Assembly: GCA_039621445.1 (NCBI GenBank)
Contig: CP154954.1
Span: forward strand, 23,076,954 to 23,140,953
Reading direction: 5' to 3'
DNA length: 64,000 nucleotides
Source: Euglena gracilis
Lineage: Eukaryota
The notes under the pieces were generated by a model. That model had not been told where the DNA came from and searched no databases. It saw only the letters and a list, made by a program, of their open reading frames with translations. The position numbers were made by a program, and so were the translations under genes. Each line of letters starts with the position of its first letter. Position 1 is the stretch's first letter. Shown here piece by piece: positions 1 through 12,396 of this stretch.

Positions 1-1244
1 TAACATCCAAAGGTGTTTACCAATGGACAGTTTTACCAATGGGTGTTAAGAATGGACCAGCAATGTTTCAGCGCATGATCCAATGGGTCTTACGGGATTT
101 ACCGTTTGCGCTGGTATACATTGATGATGTTTTGGTTGGTACCCCCCCTCCTTCAGCGAATACACACGAGAATATTCTCGACATTCACTATCGTGATGTT
201 CGCGCGGTATTAGCCGCATTTCTCAAGCATAGACTTTTTGTCAAAGTGCTAAAATGCACTTATTTCGCGAAACGATGAAGTTTTTCGGTCACATTCTTAA
301 TAATGGCCAACGCCGAGCGGCGCCTAGCAAACTAGAGGCCATTAAGAAATGGACACCCGAGGTCATCAAGACCATAACCATTTGAAAGGATCTTTGGGAT
401 TAGCCCAATATTCCGCGATTTACATGAAAGATTTCGCGAAAATCGCGGTTCCTCTGACGAGGCAACTCAAAAATCACGCACCTGAGAATAAAAAAATCAA
501 ATGGGACGCAGATATGCGTGAAGCTCTAGAGAGCATTAAAAAGCTAATGCTTGAAAATGTCGTACTCGACATCGCGGATCCCTACAAGCCTTACGTGCTA
601 GAAGTCGATAGCAGCGATTATACTATAGGCGGAGTTCTAAGCCAGCATAACGCGGCTAACAAATTACGCCCTGTAGCATTCTTCAGTAGAAAGCTACAAG
701 GTGAAGAGAGCAAAGGACAAGTCCAATGGAGTATCCGTGAGAATGAAACGTACGCAATCGTACTTACTTTGCAAAAATTCCGTAGCTGGGTCGCCAGTTC
801 CTTGGTACAAATACTGGTGTTGACTGATCATGAGAGTCTTCAACATTGGTATACCGAGGATCTGAACAAAGCCATGTCATCCGTAGGCCGAAGATGCCGA
901 TGGCATGAATTTTTAAGCCAATTCAACCTAGTGTATACCCCTGGCCATACACAGAAAGTAGCAGACCCGCTTAGTCGAGCGCCCTGGCATTACCCCGGTA
1001 ACCCCGATGAAGGTGAGGACACCTTTCATGGCAGCCAAGAGGCTGATGAATATGCACGTCGATATGACGCAGCCGACGATATGTCGGATTATTTTCCCGT
1101 TTCATCGATTTTTCGTTCGTTGCCAGTCCCTCTTATACGGTGGAGAAGGCGACGAGGCCGCACTCCTGGCCCCCGTCGCATTACGCGATCTGAATCTCCT
1201 TCCCCCCTCTTCTTTCGTGAATGGGATTATTAACATGACCCTGT
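1..1244 (+). pseudogene. Ty3/gypsy family A copy 1, RT C-terminus + RNase H (segment A, runs off the left edge)
   Basis: MGVKNGPAMFQ...VYIDDVLV (RT YIDD) and LEVDSSDYTIGGVLSQ...PVAFFSRKL...LTDHESL...ADPLSR (gypsy RNase H); frameshifted; ends abruptly at ...catgaccCTGT (1244). Confidence 0.93.
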
Positions 1245-4200
1245 TTGAGGGGGTCTACTCTGGACAATACGTCCTCAGTCCAAAAAGGCTCATTGGCCTC
1301 TTGGGGGACATTTGACCTAATCGGTCTGATTGTGGGTTTGCGCTTAGCGCCTTCAGAGGCTGCAGCCCCATAGTTGGCCATGGGTATCGTGGGCCTATGG
1401 CCTGCGCCTGAGCCATTTTCACCAGAAGGTGGTGGCTCATCATCTCGCCGCTTTTCAGCTGGCTTGCAGCCTTCGGCTGAAGGTTTAGCCTTAGGCTTTT
1501 TATGTTTGCCATATCGGCGTTCTTCCCCAGGGTCTGCCGGAGGCAGTGATCTTTCCGCCGTTGGCGGTTTCGGGGCTGCCGGTTTGGCAGGAGGTGGTTG
1601 CATTTCTGCCGTTGGCGGTGCTGGTGCGGCTGGTTTAGCTTCTGGGACATCCCACTCCATTGGAGTTGTAGCCGTATCCTGTACGGCTATTGAGCTGCTG
1701 TCTGCAGCAGTAACCCTTTGGGTCTCGGGAGGGTAAGCGGCAGGTGAGCCGCAAGGGGTCAGCACTGCCGATACTGCGGACATCGCCGCAGTGAGACCCT
1801 GCAGCACACCACCTAAAACACCTGTATGTATCGTTGGTGGTGCGACAGGATCTGTCAGGGTTGGTGCCGTTGGCACTGCAGGTAAGGAGAGGGGTGGTAC
1901 CAGAGGTACTGGTGGCCGTTCGGCCTCAGATGTAGGGGATTCAGATTCGGAACTGACATCTCCTTCAGGAGGAAGGGGTGTTCTGGAGCCCATTGGGGCT
2001 GGTGGAAGGGCTGGATGCTGCGGTTCATCCGCACATATTTCTTCCAAGCCTTCCATGCGGTCTTCACCGCTCTCTCCATCACTCTCCTCACTGCCCTCCA
2101 CCGTTTCTGGAGAAGCAGCAGGTGCTGTTGGCTGTTCCGATATAGCGGTTGTCACAGTGCCTGTTTGCGCGGTCGCGCTGGTTGGTACCGCCATAGCGGG
2201 CTGGGGAGAGGAGGTATCGATAGAAGATTGACTCTCCTGAAGTCCCTTAGGGACAAAAGGTTCTGCTGTAGCCGATAGGCTTGAACCCAGGTAACGCCGA
2301 CCACGCCCGAAGACGGGTGGTGGTGTCTCACCAGGAATTCCCTGGGGGACTGACGATGCCGGTTGCGGCTGAGCTGTGACTGGTGTTGCCGGTTGCGGCT
2401 GGGTTGAGGATTCCGATGGGGGAACTTCCGGAGCCGGTTGCGGCTTTGGGCTGGGTGCCTTTGGCACCTGTCGTTTCCGTAATCGGAAAAGATCCCACGG
2501 TTTCCTTTCTTCTTCAACCATCCTGTGGTTGAAGCGCAGGAGGGGTAGGGCCATGCCCAACTCGTTCCGTCTGCCGCCTTGAAAAAACGGCTGGAACAGC
2601 GCTCTATCGAGCGTATCGCCGAATCGGCGTTTGACATAATCGTCTATGCTTTCCTTCTCGAACCGTGGCCTGATGGGGACATAATCCGGGGGAATTTCCC
2701 AATCGGGATTGAGATAATAATATATCTCCATGATCTGGCAGGTCCAAGCCCTGAACCAGAACTGCTGCAAATACAGCAGGAGTTGACGGTGGTTGCGTCG
2801 CCCGTTCGAGCTTTGATGAACATCCTTTGGATTTCTGCAAAGGTGCAGGAGCATGTTGCCCTTTGGCGCTGCCTGCGGGACACTGGCCTGTTGGCCTTCC
2901 TCCTCCTGGCCTTCGGCCTGTGGTTGAGTACTGCGTACTCCGAATCCCCAAAAGTCCACTGCAAACTTCTCGCAGCAGTGAGAGCATCGGACGATATACG
3001 TCTGGGGGAAGCGGAGGTCAATATCGACCACTTCAAAGTGATAGGCATTTTGCCAGTGGTAGAAGACTTGCAGATTGCTGCAGAACATGTTTCCCGCCAA
3101 TTTGGCGGTATTTTCAGGTAGTGGGTAGAACTCCCACTCCAGGCCTTTTGGGCCTACACTGCGAATGCAGTCGAATACTGCCTCAGCAAACCTTTACCGG
3201 TATTGTATCGGTCTTCCCGACCACAATCCAGGTAAGGATAGCCACAGGAGTTCAGGAATCTGCCGAAATTTTGGGTGGGGTATCCCGCCCAGAACCAAAC
3301 ATGCCAGAATCCCGGCAGACCGTCCAATATCGGACCGAGGATGGGATTGCCTTCAAAGGCATATAAAGTTCCATCACGGTGGAAATCACGATTTCGCTTC
3401 GTATAGAGCTGCCTGGTCACAGTCACGACGGGGGAGGCGACCAGGATTGGCAGGTTAAGTTCATTTTGGAACTTCCGCATGGTTTCGAATGCGAGGTCAT
3501 GGATGCTTTGGATGTGCTCGAATAGAGCTTCCATGTCGTCCTCATAGACGTTCCGGTATTGGCCTTTCTGGCCTTTGCCTTGGCCTTTTTGGCCCGCAGA
3601 AGGTGCTCGTTTGGGAGCACTTTTGGCTTTACCCTTGCCCGATCGGGCTTCCCATCGGGCAATCTCTTCTCTGGCTTGTTTCCAAGCATGAGGACAGAGA
3701 TTGGATGCAAAACGAGGGCCTAAAAATGCAGGATTCAAATCGCTTGTTCGTCCAAGCAATTCCTGTGGGGCATAAGCCAGTTTGGGTGATCGGTATCCTG
3801 CATTATGCTGGATTTCTGCCCTATGGTCTGTTTGGGCCAGTTCGGCTTGTTCGAGCTGTTGCTGGGTGGGATCAGGAACAGGCAGTACCTCGGTGGTGGC
3901 CTGTTGGCCTGGAGGTACCGGTGTCTCCTGGGGTGTTGTCATTGGTGTTGTCACAGACTGTGGCGCCGTTGGCGCTGCTATAGGCTGTGGCGCGACTGGC
4001 GCTGCTGCAGCTGCTGGTGGTGCTGCTTTTGCTGGCACCGGTCTGGGGGGTTGCGCCATTGGCGCTGGCTTGGCTGGCGCAGCAAACGGTACGGGCACGG
4101 GAGGGGGTGCGGCCTGTTGGCCACCCGATGCCCGACGTTGCTGTGCAGGGGTGGCCTGTCTGGCTGGGGCTGGGCCAGGGGCTGGGGGTTTCGGTCTGCC

Positions 4201-5655
4201 CATTGGGGATGACGATTCTGGCCTACCTCGTTTACTGCCTAAGTCTGCTGGCCTGTACGGCTGTGACGCATATCTGCGTTCTGCAGACCGTGGGCCCTGG
4301 ATCTGTTCCAGGGATTGGTAGTACTGGATGGCTTGCTGAGGTGATGTGAAGCGGGGGTCTGGAAGAGGTTCATGTACCCGTTGGTACATCCTCTTCCAAA
4401 TCCATACGGCCTTCGGCCTCTGCTTGCTCCAGGTTCCTGATCCACCTGCTGATCCTGTTGTGGGGGCAGCTGACTTCCAGCTACCAGATGTGCTGGAAAT
4501 GGAAATGGTGGTAGTGCCGTTGACGGTTGTGTCGTTGGCTGATACGCGTATTGTGTTGGGGGTTCCCGATATTCGGGTGGTGGCGGTCTTGGCATACGAG
4601 GAGGGGAGTGGGTATCGCGAAAAATTCGCGATGGCTGCACCACTGGTGCTGGGATATCTCCCGCCTCGCTTTCCGCCACTGGGGGACTATGGTCCCGCAT
4701 ATATTCGGTGAATGCACCTGTGTGATGTCGGATCCGCGGCATCGGCGGTACCTGGATACCCAGTGTACGCATGCTGACATCCGGAGGATATTCCCCAGGC
4801 ATGAAGTACACTTTCCCTGTCATCAGTGTTTGGCCACAAGCGCACCATTGTGCAATAGGCCTATTGGCCAGGCCCATAATCTGACGACAGTGGGTATTCC
4901 ACATCACTTGTAAGGAGGGGTCTGCTCTTTCGAGTGCGCGAACGTGCAGGGCAGTCCGCAGAGTTTTCTCTGCGAGATTCACCAATTCTGCGGTTAATAC
5001 GGCGCATGGCACTGTTGGTGCTGGCTGGGGCGTCCCATGCGCCGCAGGGATGGCATAAGGGGATATACTACTGCTGCTGACCGCGGTCTGAGCCGCATGC
5101 TCCAGACCGGGTTGAGCAGCAGGAGGGGGCATCGCCTGTACGGCGTGTACCTGTTGCGGGACACCCTGTACGGGTTGAGATTGGGGTTGTGCTTGGGGTG
5201 GTTGAGTCATAACGTACTGTGGTGTATACAGGATGGGAGGTGAGGGACCAGGCATGGCGTAATGCGCGTGCTCCATTGGAGGTGCCTGTCCCTGCCTCGC
5301 ATACTGTTGTTGTTCCATTGGAACTTGGTGTACCTGCTGGGGTTGTGACTGTTCCATTGGAACTTGATATGCCTGTTGAGGCTGTGCCGCACATGCAGCA
5401 CCCATTGGCACAGGGGCCGCATAAGCGACAGGTGGCGGCTGCGCCTGAGATGGGGGCGGCATTTGTGCCTGAGAGGGGGCTGACATATGTGACTGAGAGG
5501 GGTATGACATTTGTGCCTGAACCATTTGAGGGGGGGGGGGTGGCGCCTGAGCCGCATAAGCAGCTGGAGCGGGTTGATATACCGTATATGCGGGCGCCCC
5601 TTGGGCTTGGGGGTGCCGCCGCATAGGCGTGGGGGGGGGTAGGGAGGGATGGCAT
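1245..5655 (-). pseudogene. Family A accessory 3' ORF downstream of the chromodomain; unknown protein split into ORFs 4239-5825, 3154-4389, 1181-3100
   Basis: Three overlapping or abutting long ORFs in the same sense as pol. P/Q/A-rich linkers separate globular blocks (QWCACGQTLMTG; LPGFWHVWFWAGYPTQNFG; RCSHCCEKFAVDFWGFG; LQQFWFRAW) that recur in copy 3 at 42.8-44.3 kb. Confidence 0.7.
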
Positions 5656-5821
5656 ACTGTATAGGGTTCGGTCCTGGGCCGCGCCCTCGGTCTTGCATTG
5701 GTCCGGGGACCGAAAGCAATAAAAAAAAGTAGCTTTGATGAACTGTAGAAAAAGCAGAGAGAAATGAATTGGGTTTGGGAGAAATACACAGAGAGGGGAG
5801 GAAAAGGCCTATAGGCCGATT

Positions 5822-7244
5822 TCAAAAATTATTCACAGAAATGTCTATGTTATTTCTTTTATTCCACAGCTTCCAGTCCTGTTGGACATAACCAATAAAA
5901 CTGGAGGCTGCCTCCCAGGTGTCCTCCTCTGGCCCGTAGCCTTTCCACCTGACCTTCCAGTAGTGGACTCCTCGATCAATTTTGTGATCGAGAATTTTGT
6001 CCACCACAAAATCATCCGTTTCAGGTACCTTGGAACGGGGCTTGAAATAAAGGCACGGTAGTGATTTGGCATTAGGCGGGGAAAGGTATGGCTTGAAATC
6101 ATCCATGTGAACATGCTCGATCCCGTTGGGCAGTGCCACCCTATAGCGGCCACTGTTACCAACGCGTTCCAGAATTTCACAGGGCCTGAGCCAGAGGGGG
6201 TCTAGCTTGAAAGCTTGCATACGGATTCGGCTATTCCGAACCCATACGCGATCACCAGCACTATAGCCAACTGATTTGAATTCTTGCTAAAATTTCTTTC
6301 TCTTTTGAGAATGGATATCAGTAATGCGCTTCTGAACAATAGTTTTGAGAGACTCTACTTCGGAGAACCATGTCTCACAGGTTACGCTACTTCGAGCTGG
6401 TCTCTCTGATGGTGTATCACCAATCGCGGGCGGGTCTCGCCCAAAAACAATTTTATATGGGGAGTGCAGCAAAATTAAACCTGGTAGGGTGTTTATATAA
6501 AAGAGGGACCATGGCAAAACCTGGACCCAGGCCTGGCGCGAATCAGCCAGTGAGAGGCGGAGCATATTTACAACAGCCTTCACTGCTGCCTCGGCGAGGC
6601 GATTGCCCTTCGGGCGATATATAATGGAAAAATGCTGTTCGATTCCCAGTAAACCACATAGGGTTGGGAAGAATCGGGAAGAGATTAAATGATCTTGATC
6701 ACTGTCAACCTCATTCGGCAAGCCCATTGGGCATATGAAGTTCTCCAGAAATATCTGCGCTAAAATTTGCGCGGTCAACCCTGCCTTTTGGCATGGAATG
6801 GCTACTATGTAACCACTCAGCCTACAGACGACAACAAAAACATAATCGTAAAAATTGCCGTCTGATCCTTTGCAAGGTTCTAATTCCAGAAAATCCATGC
6901 AGAGGGACGTAAAAATGTCAGGGGGGGGGTACGAGGAAAAAATCAAGCGTACCAGGGGGGGTACCTCTGCGTGGTTTCACCGCTTGACAAACTTGGCACC
7001 GTTGCGAAATTTGCAAGCAGCGCGAATGCAAATCATTTTCCTTCAGGGTTGTACAATACCTGCGACCCACCAAAGAAAGAAGTTTGGGGGCCCCAGGGTG
7101 ACCTTGGTTGTGATAACACAAAAGTACTTCATCAACCAAGTCACGGGGTATACAATATTCATATCCCGCATCATCGCGGTAAACTAACTGTAAAGGGGAA
7201 AGGGAGTAATTATGTACAGCCTCGCCATTGCGCAGTCTGTGCAC
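5822..7244 (-). pseudogene. Family A copy 1 integrase (HHCC zinc finger, DDE core, GPY/F-like region) + chromodomain
   Basis: CYHNQGHPG...RCQVC; LCMDFLEL...VDSDQD...GNRLAEAAVK; DFVVDKILDHKIDRGVHYWKVRWKGYGPEEDTWE. Several frameshifts and stops. Confidence 0.93.
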
Positions 7245-10090
7245 TGTCGTGCTATATACAGGGTCGTGGGACTAATCCCATTCACGAAAGAAGAGGGGGG
7301 AAGGAGATTCAGATCGCGTAATGCGACGGGGGCCAGGATTGCGGCCTGGTCGCCTTCTCCACCGTATAGGAGAGACTGGCAACGAACGAAAAATCGATGA
7401 AACAGGAAAATAATCCAACATATCGTCGGCTGCGTCATATCGACGTGCATATTCATCAGCCGCTTTGGCTGACATGAAAGGTGGCCTCACCTTCATCCGG
7501 GTTACCGGGGTAATGCCAGGGTGCTCGACTAAGCGGGTCTGCTACTTTCTGTGTATGGCCAGGGGTATACACAACCACTAGGTTGAATTGACTTTAAAAT
7601 TCATGCCATCGGCATCTTCGGCCTACGGATGACATGGCTTTGTTCAGATCCTCGGTATACCAGTGTTGAAGGCTCTCATGATCAGTCAACACCAGTATTT
7701 GTACCAAGGAACTGGCGACCCAGCTACGGAATTTTTGCAAAATAAGTACGATTGTGTACGTTTCATTCTCACGGATACTCCATTTGACTTGTCCTTTGCT
7801 CTCTTCACCTTGTAGCCTTCTACTGAAGAATGCTACAGGGCGTAATTTGTTAGCCGAGTTATGCTGGCTCAGACCTCTGCCTATAGTATAATCGCTGCTA
7901 TCGCCTTCTAGCACGTAAGGCTTGTAGGGATCCGCGATGTCGAGTACGACATTTTCAAGCATTAGCTTTTAATGCTCTCTAGTGCTTCACGAATATTTGC
8001 GTCCCATTTGATTTTTGTATTCTCCGGTGCGCGATTTTTCTGTTGCCTCGTCAGAGGTACCGCGGTTCATGCGAAATCTTTCATGTAAATCGCGGAATAT
8101 TGGGCTAATCCCAAAACTCCTTTCAAAGTGGTTATGGTCTTGATGACCTCGGGTGTCCATTTCTTAATGGCCTCTAGTTTGCTACGCGCCGCTCGGCGTT
8201 GGCCATTATTGAGAATGTGACCGAAAAACTTTATCGTTTCGCGAAATAAGTGCGTTTTAGCACCTTTGACAAAAAGTCTATGCTTGAGAAATGTGGCTAA
8301 TACCGCGCGAACATCACGATAGTGAATGTCGAGAATATTCTCCTGTGTATTCGCTGAAGGAGGGGGGGTACCAACCAAAACATCATCAATGTATACCAGC
8401 GCAAACGGTAAATCCCGTAAGACCCATTGGATCATGCGCTGAAACATTGCTGGTCCATTCTTAACACCCACTGGTAAAACTGTCCATTGGTAAACACCTT
8501 TGGATGTTACAAAAGCCGTATAGGCTTGCAAATCGGGATCCAGATGCATTTGGTGGAAACCATCCTCCAGGTCGAAAATTGACCAGAAGCGGTTATCCGC
8601 TTGTTTTGCGATGAGGTCCTCTATTAGAGGTAACGGGAATGGGTCATCCTTGGTTTGTGAATTTAAGTACCGATAACCCAGTGCTAGCCTCCACTTTTTC
8701 TGACCTGATGGGTCTGGGGGCTTAGAGCCCACAAAAGCTTGGGAGGTCCATTCACTTTTGGAAGGGATGATCCACTTCCGCTCTATGAGCTTTTCAATCA
8801 TTTCATTGAGAGCTATCTCTCTTTCTCCTGAACAGCGGAAAAATTTCCGATGCATTTGCTTTGCGCCTTCCATAAGCTCAAACTTACAAACTCCAAAAGG
8901 TCCGGGGATAGCGGGATCTATATCGCAAGCGTAAACAGGTTTTTCCAAAAGACCAGAAAATTCGCGACAAACTTGGCACCGTTGCGAAAATTTCAAGCAG
9001 CGCGAAGGCAACTCTTTTTCTTTCAGGGTTGTACAATACCTGCGACCCACCAAAGAAAGAAGTTTGGGGACCCCAGGGAGATCTTGGGTGTGATAACACA
9101 AAAGTACTTCATCAACCAAGTCACGGGGTATACAATATTTATATCACGCATCATCACGGTAAACCAACCGTAAAGAGGAAAGGGAATAATTATGTACAGC
9201 CTCGCCATTGCGCAGTCTGTGCACTGTCGTGCTATATACAGGGTCATGTTAATAATCCCATTCACGAAAGAAGAGGGGGGAAGGAGATTCAGATCGCGTA
9301 ATGCGACGGGGGCCAGGAGTGCGGCCTCGTCGCCTTCTCCACCGTATAGGAGAGACTGGCAACGAACGAAAAATCGATGAAACGGGAAAATAATCCAACA
9401 TATCGTCGGCTGCGTCATATCGACGTGCATATTCATCAGCCTCTTGGCTGCCATGAAAGGTGGCCTCACCTTCATCCGGGTTACCGGGGTAATGCCAGGG
9501 CGCTCGACTAAGCGGGTCTGCTACTTTCTGTGTATGGCCAGGGGTATACACTAGGTTGAATTGGCTTAAAAATTCATGCCATCGGCATCTTCGGCCTACG
9601 GATGACATGGCTTTGATCAGATCCTCGGTATACCAGTGTTGAAGACTCTCATGATCAGTCAACACCAGTATTTGTACCAAGGAACTGGCGACCCAGCTAC
9701 AGAATATTTGCAAAATAAGTACGTTTGCGTACGTTTCATTCTCACGGATACTCCATTTGACTTGTCCTTTGCTCTCTTCACCTTGTAGCTTTCTACTGAA
9801 GAATGCTACAGGGCGTAATTTGTTAGCCGCGTTATGCTGGCTTAGAACTCCGCCTATAGTGTAATCGCTGCTATCGACTTCTAGCACGTACGGCTTGTAG
9901 GGATCCGCGCTGTCGAGTACGACATTTTCAAGCATTAGCTTTTTAATGCTCTCTAGAGCTTCACGCATATCTGCGTCCCGTTTGATTTTTGTATTCTCGG
10001 GTGCGCGATTTTTGAGTTGCCTCGTCAGAGGTACCGCGATTTTCGCGAAATCTTTCATGTAAATCGCGTAATATTGGGCTAATCCCAAAG
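6986..10090 (-). repeat. Tandemly duplicated ~1980-bp RT-RNase H-integrase zinc-finger unit of family A (one full and one partial unit)
   Basis: 6986-8110 is nearly identical to 8966-10090. At 8966 the integrase zinc finger (RCQVC) is fused back onto the RT start (REFSGLLEKPVYACDIDP). Confidence 0.9.
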
Positions 10091-11202
10091 CTGTATATAG
10101 CACGACAGTGCACAGACTGCGCAATGGCGAGGCTGTACATAATTATTCCCTTTCCCCTTTACGGTTGGTTTACCGTGATGATGCGGGATATAAATATTGT
10201 ATACCCCGTGACTTGGTTGATGAAGTACTTTTGTGTTATAAAAACCAAGATCACCCTGAGGCCCCCAAACTTCTTTCTTTGGTGGGTCGCAGGTATTGTA
10301 CAACCCTGAAAGAAAAAGAGTTGCATTCGCGCTGCTTGAAAATTTCGCAACGGTGCCAAGTTTGTCGCGAATTTTTTTTATATCCTGTTTACGCTTGTGA
10401 TATAGATCCCGCTATCCCCGGACCTTTTGGAGTTTGTAAGATTGAGCTTATGGAAGGCGCAAAGCCAATGCATCGGAAATTTTTCCGCTGTTCAGGAGAA
10501 AGAGAGATAGCTCTCAATGAAATGATTGAAAAGCTCATAGAGCGGAAGTGGATCATCCCTTCCAAAAGTGAATGGACCTCCCAAGCTTTTGTGGTTCCCA
10601 AGCCCCCAGACCCATCAGGTCAGAAAAAGTGGAGGCTAGCACTGTATTATCGGTACTTAAATTCACAAAATAAGGATGACCCATTCCCGTTACCTCTAAT
10701 AGAGGACCTCATCGCAAAACAAGCGGATAACCGCTTCTGGTCAATTTTCGACCTGGAGGATGGTTTCCACCAAATGCATCTGGATCCCGATTCGCAAGCC
10801 TATACGGCTTTTGTAACATCCAAAGGTGTTTACCAATGGACAGTTTTACCAATGGGTGTTAAGAATGGACCAGCAATGTTTCAGCGCATGATCCAATGGG
10901 TCTTACGGGATTTACCGTTTGCGCTGGTATACATTGATGATGTTTTGGTTGGTACCCCCCCTCCTTCAGCGAATACACACGAGAATATTCTCGACATTCA
11001 CTATCCTGATGTTCGCGCGGTATTAGCCGCATTTCTCAAGCATAGACTTTTTGTCGAAGGTGCTAAAATGCACTTATTTCGCGAAACGATAAAGTTTTTC
11101 GGTCACATTCTCAATAATGGCAAACGCCGAGCGGCGCGTAGCAAACTAGAGGCCATTAAGAAATGGACACCCGAGGTCATCAAGACCATAACCACTTTGA
11201 AA
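10091..11202 (+). pseudogene. Family A chimeric integrase-ZF/RT unit (segment B), inverted relative to its neighbour
   Basis: ORF 10108-11229 has HPEAPKLL...RCQVC fused at ~10366 to RT (WTSQAFVVPK, FDLEDGFHQM, YIDD); same junction as at 8966. Confidence 0.9.
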
Positions 11203-12396
11203 ACACTCGCCAGGCTAGGATCAATATGATCCGCAATAGCAGTGACTCCTGGCTGAACAAGTGGAACAAGCCCTTGTTCCACCGGGATCAGCCCGGTGTT
11301 TTTACAACCAGCCACACTTGGCGTTTTTGGAATGCAAAATCTCCAAAGGCATTTGCCCAATATTTTGGAGGAAATTTCGTCCTGGATTTCCAGGAAAATG
11401 ATCCACTACTGTGGCTATGTACAGCATGCCATAGGCTACGAAACGACATGCCCGCAGGGCATATCTGCACACGCAACCCAGATAGCATAAGCTTCCACCA
11501 TGATGCATATGTGCGCAATTGCGCAGCATTGGTTTGTGGTGAATGCCTATTGGCATGGACCACCATGGACAATTTCCGCTGGACGGAAAACGATTATGAT
11601 AAGGACATACCTGTCTGTTGCATCAACTGCCTACAGGCAGAATTCTGGTTACCTGCCACTGGCGGTATGACTAGAGTCATACCAGAAAATGAAGACCATC
11701 TGGTCAAATTAAAGCACGACCATAAGTCCCAAACCAACTTTTACCAGTCCAAGAAATTCAAAGTTGTACACAGCCACCGCACAGGCTGAATCGCCAAAGA
11801 TTTTCATCTTGACAGCGCAGCTGTCCGACTCGCAGTCGAGTCAGCAGGCAAGGCCAAAGTGCCATACATTTTGCAAGACTCCGATTGGGACAGGGTGATT
11901 TACCCACTTTTTTCGGCACAAAGCCTGCCGAACCGACGAAACTTTACATTTTTGTTTCCTGAATACCCCCGTGAAGCCTATAAGATGGAATTTTCGGATT
12001 GGGTAAGAGAAATCTTAAGGCCCTTTATAATTCGAGCGCGAGTCGCAAATTTGCATTGCAAGGCAGATACTGCCACCTTCCCGGGGATACCCCCACAGGT
12101 TCAGTGTAACCACCCCCGCCTGATTTTTTGGATCTGGCCGGCAATGTTGCCACTTTTCTTCTGGGATAACCTCCAGAATTTTCTTCATCGAGAAGCCAAT
12201 AGGCTAGGAGTACAATTCCCCGATGGCCGATGGGTATACACAAAAATGGGAATATCCCGACTTTGATGTCGATGAGCCTGAAAGGCAACTGGTAAATTTT
12301 GAACCTCCGATACTGGAGGTAGTGGAAACTCTCGAGGGATATTACGTTCGGGAGATCAGACCACCGACTCCCAGGAAATGGCCATCTGTGCCATAG
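11203..12396 (+). pseudogene. Cys-rich unknown ORF, probably the displaced C-terminal part of the family A accessory ORF
   Basis: ORFs 11163-11789 and 11859-12266 are in one frame separated by a single TGA. They contain CTACH, CGEC and CINC. A frameshifted tail (WEYPDFDVDEPE...) ends at TAG 12394-12396. Confidence 0.55.

Noticed and set aside
1241-10094. CTGT...CTGT as a target-site duplication of an 8.8-kb inserted element
   Set aside because: The block has no LTR or TIR ends and both of its ends match partner breakpoints at 11202-11205, so rearrangement with microhomology fits better.
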